64,000 nucleotides of DNA. Source: Zygnema circumcarinatum SAG 698-1b (Eukaryota > Plantae > Zygnematophyceae). Every line of letters begins with the position of its first letter. The stretch's first letter is position 1. Position numbers and translations under genes: made by a program. The notes under the pieces are model-generated. The model was not told the DNA's origin, did no database searches, and saw only the letters and a list, made by a program, of their open reading frames with translations. The DNA is taken from the NCBI GenBank assembly GCA_037447605.1, contig CM074808.1:1612001-1676000 (forward strand), read 5' to 3'. Shown here piece after piece: positions 10,515 through 24,100 of this stretch.

Positions 10515-11431
10515 GTTTCTACCCTTAACTTTTTTTTTTGTCCTTAAGTCCTTTGCAATGAGTTCTTTGCGGTCCTTTATGCAGTTGTTTTTATAACAGC
10601 CAAATACTGGTGGTTTGGGAGGGCTGCAGGTGGGGGTAAGTGTTGTCATGAAAACAACATCTGGCGATAGAGCTTCAATAGAACATCCATCTAGAGGCGA
10701 GAGAGCTATCACAAGAGAGTACAAAATCGAGGAACAAAAGAGTTTGTTGTAGATTGTAGTAATGTCTTGCTTAATCTTTTGGCTCATTTACACACCTCAG
10801 TGGGCTGCCAGTTGACAAGTGTTTTTGGAATAGAAGCAAAGCTTCAGACTGTGTAGAACCAATTCTATCTTTTGAGGAACAGCCTGCCTCTTGCTGAGCG
10901 GCAGGAACCCTATGGAACATAATTTGTGTTCAAGAAGTCGATTCACCAAACAATGTAAGCTTTATGTTCTAGAGGATGTATGTTAAGCCTTACAACCTAT
11001 GGGGCTTACAACCTATGGCTTGCTCTGGCGATGGCCATGCTCAATATGAAGCCATGCCCATGGCTGGACCCCATCCATAAGTCCATAATGTCGGCCTGAC
11101 TGAAAATTTCCATAGAACATAGCCAGTTTCGCAACCTTGGCCTGATCTTAGTCAGTTTTTGGTCTTGTTCCGTGGGGCAGTTACAAGAACATAGGACCAT
11201 AAAACGGCCGTTAATCGGCTGCACACGTAGCGTCGGGCCTTGACCTATAGCCAATGGTTATCCGCCACGTGTACAAATTTGTACACGTGCCGTGTCTCAG
11301 TTGGATCTTACGTTCCTGGATTTACTGGCGAGTAGAGGTTCGGATCGAGCTTTAACTCAACGGAACTGATAGGATGCCGTACAATACCGTACAGGAATGT
11401 ACCGAAATGCAAGTACAGTACATCTTGTGGC

Positions 11432-11599
11432 AGGGTTTCGACCTTTTTTTGTAAAATAAAATTTGCCCGACGGAAAAATGTGTTGTATCGATTCTAAAAA
11501 GGTGTGAAAACGCCATTTTCCGTTATTTGTCCTTTTTTATGTCTGCCCGGCCGGGCAGGGGTGTTTGGATCCAAAAAAGGGGTGGAAATATCACTACCC
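11432..11599 (-). repeat. MULE right terminal inverted repeat
   Basis: Reverse complement of 8364-8532. Confidence 0.95.
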
Positions 11600-11660
11600 A
11601 AAAAAAATAGGTGATGGTTGTAACGTGAGGACGCACGCATCCTAGGAATTAGAGCAAAGT

Positions 11661-12314
11661 AAAAGTTCCACAGTTCGGACCAGTGGATCGGCAACCATTG
11701 GATGGCAATGGTTGGACGTCTACTGGTTGGCAACCAGTCGAATGGTTGTTTCGGTCCGCAACCACTGGTTGGCAACCAGTCGACTGGTTTGGAACCAGTG
11801 GATGCCACTGGTTGGCAACCAGTCGACTGGTTTGGAACCAGTGGCATCCACTGGTTGGCAACCATTCGACTGGTTGTTTCGGTCCGCAACCACTGGTTGG
11901 CAACCAGTCGAATGGTTGTTTCGATCCGGCGGCACTGGTTGGCAACCAGTGGATGCCACTGGTTGGCAACCATTCGACTGGTTGCCAACCAGTGGATGCC
12001 ACTGATTGGCAACCAGTCGAATGGTTTGGAACCAGTGGCATCCACTGGTTGGCAACCAGTAGAATGGTTGTTTCAGTCCGCAACCACTGGTTGGCAACTA
12101 GTCGAATGGTTTGGAACCAGTGGCATCCACTGGTTGGCAACCATTCGACTGGTTGTTTCGGTCCGCAACCACTGGTTGGCAACCAGTCGACTGGTTGTTT
12201 GGAACCAGTGGCATCCACTGGTTGGCAACCATTCGAATGGTTGTTTCGGTCCGCAACCACTGGTTGCCAACCAGTCGACTGGTTTGTCTAATGGTCTGAT
12301 CTGTGCAAAGTTTT
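11661..12314. repeat. Foldback-like element: imperfect terminal inverted repeats enclosing about 14 modules (mostly 42-43 bp) made of nested palindromes
   Basis: Left end aaaagttccacagttcggaccagtgg versus reverse complement of the right end aaaactttgcacagatcagaccattag. Modules are GGCAACCAGTCGAATGGTTGTTTCGGTCCGCAACCACTGGTT (42 bp) and GGCAACCAGTCGACTGGTTTGGAACCAGTGGATGCCACTGGTT (43 bp). Confidence 0.85.
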
Positions 12315-12380
12315 GAACTTTGAACCCTTTGTGTTTGGGACGATGGCAAAACTTGAAACTGCGAACGCTGCGGTTCGAGA

Positions 12381-12536
12381 TAAACCTAAACCCTCAACCT
12401 TCAACCTTCAACCCTAAAACCCTACACCCGGAAGCTTCAGCCCGCAACCCTAAAACCCTAAACCCTGAAGCTTCAGCCCTCAACCCTTAACCCTAGAGCT
12501 TGAACCCTCAATCCTAAACCCTGAACCCTGAACCTT
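12381..12536 (+). repeat. Degenerate interstitial telomere-like tract (CCCTAAA/CCCTAAAA/CCCTGAA/CCCTCAA units)
   Basis: About 20 variant 7-8-mers, e.g. accctaaaaccctaaaccctgaag and atcctaaaccctgaaccctgaacc. Confidence 0.8.
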
Positions 12537-12909
12537 ACTTTTGTGGGCTCGTGCTGCTTCAGACGTACTGCATGTGACAACTGTCAAGCTGAATTTCATT
12601 GGCTGACGATAGCCCTTTAGCTGTGCCGCTAATGGATACCGTCTAACAGCACCACAGTATCTCGATAATGACCCCCGGCCGTCCGATGGAGCTGCGATGG
12701 ACGTACGGATTTCGCTTGTACATTTTAGAGTGTGCCCCAATCGCATTCAGCGGTCACTGTGCTGTGGACCCAGTGTTATTCGTACGATAACCGTACGGAC
12801 GGCCACTTTTCAACGAGGCCGGAAAACCTGAAACCCTAATTCACGCCGCGCTGCGTTTATCTCCGGCGCCCTCCGCGGCTGCTCCGCCCTCTCTCGCGCT
12901 CCGGCGGCC

Positions 12910-16232
<3,323 letters not shown>

Positions 16233-17526
16233 TGCTTAGCAGTGCAAAACATGAGCAAACAACATGTTGTCGGAAATCACTCGATGGGCTCATAACTTAA
16301 TCACTTCACTTCTGCCAGCCACATCAGGGGAGTGCATTATTCTGAAGCCCATCTCTTTGAGCAAGCCATCCAGTCGAAGGGTTGACAAGCCAAAAAAAGC
16401 TGTTAGTCGAATGAGGGCTTGGTTGGCAGCCTGAGAGTGATTGTAAGTCGGAAAGAGGAGTGTTGCGGAGGTACAAAGGACAGAAGGAAGAATGCTGGCG
16501 ATTCTTTTGGTCCTGAAAAAGGAAAGTTCGAAGAGGCCACATCTGCTCTGTTCATTTGCAGCGGAAGTATATGGACTGGTCGCGGAGTCTGTCTTGGAGT
16601 GGAAGACGGGGTTTTCGATAGAAAGGACTAGAAAGGTTTAAGTTTATGGGTATCATTTTGTACTGTCCTAAAGCCTGGAAATGAATGAATCCCCTCGCCC
16701 CTTCCATTTTGATGCCCCCCCAGAAAACGTGTTGGTTGTCATTGATGTTGGGAATGTCAACAAGCTTTTCCTTGTTGAAAGCATTTCACTATATATACTG
16801 TACAGGTGTAATACTCAATTCTGTGTGCAAAAAGCCAACTTTGTCTGTGATACAAAGGACGGGTTTGAATCGAGAAGTCGCAGCACACAGCTGCGGATAA
16901 TTGACGGGAGAGGAACGCGGGGAAAGAGGGAGAGCTGAAGTGGGAAATGGGAGAGGGGGGGGCAGAAAAGGGAAGGCTTTGGGAAGGTGGGCGAGGCGAG
17001 AAGGGGAAATCAGCGACTGCAAAAACGGTTTGAATTGTGCTCAGAAGGAGAGATTTACAAAAGCAGTATTGACAACCAGTATTGTCAATCGGAGGTGCTG
17101 AGTCAAACAGACCGCAAGCATTGGTGCGCAAGTGAAAGGTAGACGCAAATAAGTTTGCCACTGTATCAACAATTAGAGATACAGAAGACATTCAAAGGGA
17201 AGGACGATGAAAAAACAATCGGTCTGGAATTCACAACACTTGAAGCCTAGTTGCTACAGCTGGAAAGCTAGATTTTATAACTGACTCCTGACCTAAAGCA
17301 TCTCGTCGGAGTTCCATACTGAATTACAAGCGACATTTTGTATAGACTTTCGTGTTGTAAATTCAGCACTGGTTACAGCCCCGTGAGGTGGTACTCAGCA
17401 TATTGAACTGCACAAGTGACTGTTATTCGTGAACGTCACAAAAAAAAGGGTTTTCATTCACAGAGGGCAATAGAAATAAGAGAGCGCAAATGCAAAGAAT
17501 CAGAAATAGTTATTGCCTACGGTTTG

Positions 17527-18501
17527 TCAACTTAAGGGAGGTGCGATTAACGATATATTTGAAGAACTTTGCAGTTGTGAAGGCAGTTCTGTCTGTTGTT
17601 CTTGAACTGGTTTCTTTTCAGAGTTTCCAAACAACTTAACCAATCCCTGGAATAAGATATTATTGACAAGAGTGAGAAGGAGGAGGGCTACTCCCGCGAA
17701 CAAAATAAAACCATTATCTAGTTCTTGAAACTCCCGAGATCTGAATTGAAATTCTCGTGGGATTTCCTCATCTGCAAGTGTACATAATATATCATTCAGT
17801 CCGGCAACAAATGCAAGCAGACAGACAGTCATAAAAAAACTGAGTGTTGGCAGAAAGATGGCAGAGGGAACTGCACTAAACTGCTAAGAAACGAAAAAGA
17901 AAAAAAAAAACGACTTCGTTTTCATTAATCCTGAATATGTCGTGTGAAATAACAGACGACCCCGAAGTTTATGGCTTCAGCAAGCGATGGATTTCGTCGA
18001 GAAATGGCTTCAAGAAGCGCAGATCAAGAGTGTCACTGAAGGCAGATAGGCAAAGCGGTGCTTGCCTGAGCTTGCGGGTTCCTCCACCGCTGTCACCCTC
18101 CGAGAAGATCCATTCTGGTCGGCAAAGAAGCGCAATTGCTCGTCCAAAGCACGTAGCCTTGCTTTGGCATCCTCCTGCTTGTCACTGCTTCCATTTTCTT
18201 CAGAGCCCTGAGCAACCACTCTCTTGCGTGAAGCACCTGCGCCAAAGCTGGCCCTCTTCCAGGGATTCTTTCTCTGACCTCTAAGCTTACGAGTCCCGTT
18301 ACATTTTTGGGCATGCACAGACAGCTCGTCAAATGCCGAGGAGAAACGAGTACTCAGCTTTGACCTTGACTGCCAGCATAAATTTTCAGTGCTCCCTGCT
18401 AAGCAACAGGGTTCGAAGAAAGCTCGTCGTTCGCCTAATGGAGAGAGCGCGGAAGCCATGGGCGCACTGCAGAAGTGGACGCCCATGGCTAGTGAAAACA
18501 T
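17527..18501 (-). CDS. Small putative plastid-targeted single-pass membrane protein (2 exons, GC-AG intron 17772-18065); start may be 18501, 18486 or 18459
   Basis: Ser/Arg-rich transit-like N-terminus, then SSDKQEDAKARLRALDEQLRFF, then spliced in phase to DEEIPREFQFRSREFQELDNGFILFAGVALLLLTLVNNILFQGLVKLF (one TM helix). Confidence 0.65.
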
Positions 18502-18686
18502 GGTCTTCTCTCCTCCCTCCCTCCCAGTCCTGAGCAGGTTCAGGGCCAAACGCGAACGACGCTTTCAGAAGTATTGACGAGACGATGCGGCGCAAATATC
18601 AGAGAGCAGAGAAAGCAGTACTGTACGTCCAGTCCGAACATACTTATTAGGTCTGCGTGATCTTGTCAGTCCGCGTGACCCCAGCC

Positions 18687-20590
18687 ATGGCATCTTTGAC
18701 AGCGTCTCTACCAACTTGTGCCTCTGTCAGTCTTAGTGCCGGAAGTTACTGCCAGAGAATCGCATGCTCAGGGAAGTTTGGAGGTGGTTTCGGGAGACAA
18801 AGTGCGCCTGAAGCGAAAAAGGCAAAAAATGGACAAAGTCTAGAGGCTGGACTGTCTGTAAACTGTTCGCCATCGCTGCACAACTCGCAGGCATTTAAAG
18901 GAAGGAAAGGAATCCGGGTGATAGCATGTGCAGTAGAGGCAACAGTCGACAAGAATGAGCTTTTCAAAGATGCTGCAAAGGCTGGGGACCTCAACCGGGT
19001 TAGGGAGCTCCTCGCTTCTGGAGAAGTGGATGTTAATCTTCCGAGCCCAGAACGATCTGGATGGACAGGTGCATTTACAAAACACCAGTTTTTCCTATAC
19101 AGGCTTCAATTGTGTCGGAGAGCATCCTTGTTGTCAACATTCGGACATGCGTTGGGTAACAGTATACTTTTCCTGAGCCTTGTGCCGGAAATCATTGTTC
19201 TTTGCAGCATTACAGCTAGGCGTGTTCTACGAGCATCCAGAGGTTACGAGCTACTTGTTGTGGGCTGGCGCTGACACAGAAGCACGGAGTGACAGTGGCA
19301 ATACAGCCCTACAGGTATGGCTGCAATTACCTCACCGTTTTCAAAAACATGGGGTATTAGAGCATTAAGATTATATTATCTGGCGGCAATAGGCCGCAAT
19401 TTCTGGTATTAGACCTAAGAAATTTTGTTTGACAAGGAGTGTTCTGTAGGAATGAAAAAAAAAAAAAATTGTGTTTGTGTAAATTGTGTTTTCTGCTTTT
19501 TTGTGTTTTCTGTGTTTGCTCCGTACTCACTATATGTGGGACGATACATGTGCCTCGAGTTTCCAACCTGGCTTTAGTGTTCACGCTGCATACCCTCATT
19601 GTGCTGCGTGGTAATCGAATGGGCACACACGGTGGCTGTTAAAAACTGTATTTGGCCAGTTCTTGTGCCGACTGGCTTCGTCAATCTAAAGAGCAGCCTA
19701 GGCTAGTTTTGAGCCTGTCAGTCCGTTGAACAGAGGCCTACCTAATGGCTTACATCACAGACTGGGCAACTAGAGAATGATGGAAGCTCTTAAAGATGCA
19801 GAATTCTGCACTACACCTTGAGGGCCTTAACCAGCATTGTCTCGCCCAAGCTTTCTTCATATTAGCAACTTCAAAGTGGTCGAATACATACGATTTTATG
19901 AAACATTGAAGTTCTCAACTGATTGAAGGCATCTATGGCCATCTGATTTTGTGCTGCCCCCTGGAGTGCATAGCACTTGTCAGCAGTAGCTGCCTTCTAT
20001 TTGAAGGCTTGTCAGGCTGCTGAGCACAAGCATGTCTTGCTCATTCATTCGTGTTTTCCTCCTGTGTTTGGCCGTGCCTGTGCCAGTTTGCCTGTCTGAA
20101 GGGTAACGTGCAGATTGCGAAAATGCTTCTTGAGGCTGGAGCTGATCTGGATGCAGCTAGCAATGACAAAGGCACTGCCATCGACTACGCGCAAGGTCAG
20201 TGGACCATCTTATCATGCCAAATCATCTACACCGCGTCAGTCCTGGTTGTTTTGAACTTGTATGGGTTGAAAGAGCTGTGCAAAAACTTTGGATCTCATC
20301 GTGAGATCAATGCCACTTCCTTTGTTTGGACCTTAATCCTACAAGTGCATTATTCTTCACCCTTCCTTGCCTTTTACCTTGTCGTCAATGTTTAACTGCA
20401 CGAACCTCTCATGAGATTGCTCTTGATGCCGAGCATCAAGAGCAAGCTAGCTTATGCCTAGTCACACAGTTTGCAACATTTTTCCACACACTGGCTGAGA
20501 GATTGTCCACAAGGCTATCTTGCAGAGTGGGGAGGAGAGGAAATCGTGGACTTCCTTCTTATGTGGGCAGCTCATACAAGGTCGGCGTAA
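18687..20590 (+). CDS. Ankyrin-repeat protein with plastid-type transit peptide (4 exons)
   Basis: ELFKDAAKAGDLNRVRELLASG..VDVN...GWT|ALQLGVFYEHPEVTSYLLWAGADTEARSDSGNTALQ|FACLKGNVQIAKMLLEAGADLDAASNDKGTAIDYAQ|EWGGEEIVDFLLMWAAHTRSA*. Confidence 0.85.
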
Positions 20591-21109
20591 CAGCTCTCAT
20601 CTATAGATCATGCTCCGTTTTCTTTGCCGATGGCTGGCAATTGCCTCCACCCAACATGTACATACACCGGGCTATTGGCACCAAAGCTACACCCTGTGGC
20701 AACTAAGGGAAGAAAGCAGACTTGCATCACTTTCATACCTTCTCCTTATGACTACATTGATTACAAGGTACACTTGTACACAGGTACCGCGGGCTTCTCG
20801 CCCAGCGGATAGTGCTCACCTTTGAACTGTTTTTTCTGTGCCACACACCGTCTCTACGGTGCCAGTACGAGCAAATTTCATATAGCCGAAAAGGTTGACA
20901 TTACGCTAATAATACCACTATTACTACAACCTAAGCGAAGGTCCGCTGGCTTATATGTGAGGCTTGTACCCAGAACAGAACTAAAAGGTGGCTTAGCGAG
21001 TAGCCGAGTTCCATCCAGGTGTGGTGTACCTTAAATTACGAACTTCATTGTTCCAGCGCTTATGGTTGTAATTGTAATATGTGCCACACGCTGCTGCGAA
21101 GTGCTGCCT

Positions 21110-24100
21110 TCAGCTAGCAGGGGGCGGGGGGGAGGAGAGGGAGGCAGCCCCTTCCCCCTCTTCCCTTCGGCTCGCGGGAGGGGCAGCCGCGACCTTCTCT
21201 AGTGCGCCCACCACCTCCGCGGCAGTCAGCCTTCTGTCATCAAACTGCCACGCAAAGGCCGAGGCTTCAAGCCGTCAGTGCCGTAACGCGGAGCATAACG
21301 GAGCATGGAGTCCCCACACGTGCATAACCCAAGAATCAACGCCGCAAACGGAAGGAATGCGGGTGGTGCACAACGAGGCAGAGGAGCCTCACAGTCGCGA
21401 CCACATTAAAGAGAATGACTTGGCCGAAGGTGGAAGTAGAGGCGTGCTGCACGTCCAACTGGAGGTCTTCAAGAGTCAGCATGAGGTCGGACTGGAGGCG
21501 GGGCCGCTTTGTGCTCGACATACTGATGATGGCAGTGTTGTCAAGCACACGCACTTCCACGCTAAGCCTCTCCTCAGAGCCTGAGGCAGCGGTGTCCTGC
21601 TTCCCACGCCCGGACCCCTCAGCATGGCGGCCATAGTCTACAACTTCATGTTCACCTTCCGTTCATGCTTTTTCCTCACTCTACTTCCCCATGACCCCTG
21701 ACCACAGTGAGAGGGAGAGCCTACTTGGCTTCCGAGCAGTGAGCGCGCCACTCCTGCAGGGCAGTCCGGGGGGGGGTCCTCGCTGTTGCGCAAATCCTGC
21801 CCTGCCGCGTGCGTCTCCAAGTCCGCAATCTTCTGCTTTAGCTCCTTCACATATTGCACCGCATCGCTGAGCACTGAGGCCTTGTCCATCTGCCATGCAA
21901 ACAGCTCTCCTGTTATAATCCTCCAAACCGCACAAACAGCTCCTTGTGCTAGCTATCAAGGCGAAGCAAACTCTGCTTCAGAAGTTAGCTACCGTCAAAG
22001 CTCCAATTATCACCTTGCTGACACGTGGCACAACAGCCCGCAAGGCTAGGAACTGCGCGTTCAACTTCTCCCGTCTCCGCCGCTCCGTAAAAATGTGTGT
22101 CATGGAATCGTACGCTGCCTTTGCGCCTGGTTGCCTAACACTACCTGGAGGGGCTGCTCTGCCTCCCTCCCTCTTTCCCAGACCTTCAGAAGCTCCCCCT
22201 ACAGTAATAGGCCAGCTGCTTGTCTCAGTAGGCTCTGTATCTCCTTCCATATCTCCCACTGCGACCTCTCCATCCATTGCAGGCGAGGAAGCCCCCTCCG
22301 CCCTTGCCAAGCCCCTTCCAAAGCCTGTCCCTCCCCCAAACCCCACCTGCCCTAGCAGCTCCGTATCCATGAAGGGCAATTTCGCAAGCTCATCATCCGA
22401 CTCGTCGTATAAAACAGGCAACGGTGGCGATTCCGAGTTTCTTCCTGTCAGGGAGTCCATTCGTGAACGCTTCACCGAGGAAAGAGGCAGTCTACTTCGA
22501 ACCACTGCTTCTCGAAAGCCGACGTTTCCTAAAGCTGTTTGGGATCCAATCAAGGAGAGCTCCCCTGCCCTTCCTTCTAAGTGTTTGGGTTGCCCCAAAC
22601 CGCCCGCCTGCTGAAGGAGCTGCAGATGCCTCTGCCTCTCTGCCTCCTGCTGCTGCAGGAGCACATGCAGGAAGCCCTGCTGCTGAAGGTGCTGCACGTC
22701 TCTTTGATGCCTTAGCACCTCATCCTGAGAACCACCACCCTGCTGGAAATATGCAGAGGGTTCACGAGGCATTACTGTGGAGGTAAGCAGACCTGTGGAA
22801 GAGGTTCCACTTGCATGCATGTTCAAAGGAGGTGGTAAAGTTCCCTCGGAAGAAATAGAATCCGCCATAGCCATGTCTGGTCGGAACTCCTGAGGGGTCG
22901 GGCTCTCGTCCTTCCCTCCCAGCAGCGCCTGCATGAGGGCCTCCATGAAGTTGATCGCTTCAATGTTCTGCTTCAGCTGTGCGGATGTCATGCCCGACAG
23001 TCAGTGTATAAGTCAGTGTAAACTTTAATGATGCGGAGACTTCCTCAACAATGGAACAATCTCCTATCTGAAGTCCTCATCTGTACGTCTCCTCTGTCCG
23101 AAAGGAAAGTTTGATGAGTCCAACACAAGTCAGCAATGTATCACAAGTAGGTCGATAATACACAAAAAAGACGCCGTGTAAGTACACACAAAACGGAAGT
23201 ACCTCCTCACACGCGCCAACCTCCAGCACTCCTCCGTTGACAGGCAATGCTACAACAGTCTGCAGAAAGGCGCTTGTGAATTTCCGTCAAAATGACAAGA
23301 GAGGAAACCAAATTCTGCCCGCAACCTTATTCTCTGATCATTCTGCCCAATCACTTGCGAGGCGACATGCAGCCAGGCGGCCGACACAACTCACCCGAAT
23401 GTTTCCAACCTGCCCGCTTCTCCCGCCCTCCGCAAGCTCACATTAGAGGCTCTCCATGGTCAGAAAACAGTAGCACCTACTATATCACTCAGTTCACTGC
23501 CCGCCATTAGGACTCACATGCTGCTTTGCCGTTTCACTCAGACAAAAGAATGAACCTCAGTACTTTTCCTTGGAACATTTTTTCAGGGAGGCGTTGATAT
23601 GGAAACGCCAGAATGTCATTAGAAGTGCCCCATTTCATCAATAAGCAAGATAAAGCAAGCTTACGCAACACGCTTCATTGGCATATTTGTCCCATTTGGT
23701 GAATTTCTTTCAAAAGAAATGGTTTTCTAAGGTTACAGTTGATATTTATTTCCCCCTGGAAGAAAGTCAGAGCCTCTCACCTTAGCCAGCTCCCAGCGTG
23801 TATACACCTGCGGCGCTGCTTTGTCAACACTCTCCAGCCACTCCCATTGCCCAGTGCTCAACACGCGACCAGGAAGCCTGTATCAATGAAAGCCTGATAC
23901 AAAAACATAAAAATATTATCACAGTCGAACAAACACTCGAATTAGACTCATGCCCCGCAGCTCAAGTCCAGGTATGGTCAAACTGCGGTGCTGTGGAAGT
24001 ACCCGAAACCCGTCGCAAAAGCGCAGCACGAGGAGACCAGGTAGAACCACTCGGATTCAGCCATTTCCAGACCTCTCTCCAGCAGCTGCGCTTGCCCGCA

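Larger units (their letters stand above)
8364..11599 (+). mobile_element. Mutator-like (MULE) DNA transposon, apparently complete, about 3.24 kb
   Basis: Long TIRs at 8364-8532 and 11432-11599 (GGGTAGTGATATTTCCACCCC...GGTCGAAACCCT), nearly perfect. Flanks are A9 on the left and A8T on the right, consistent with an 8-9 bp TSD. Contains an internal transposase ORF. Confidence 0.95.

Noticed and set aside
10506-11254. A mudrB-like second protein gene on the MULE minus strand (ORFs 10506-10787 and 11006-11254)
   Set aside because: The ORFs are short with no recognisable motif. The alignment with 53997-54122 shows no excess of synonymous changes. Kept only as a hypothesis.
11661-12314. CRISPR array interpretation
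   Set aside because: Spacers are recurring modules rather than unique sequences, there are no cas genes, and the context is eukaryotic.
11494-12349. ORFs of about 200 aa in nearly all frames over the hairpin array
   Set aside because: The repeat units happen to lack stop codons on both strands. The translations are repetitive with no domain signal.
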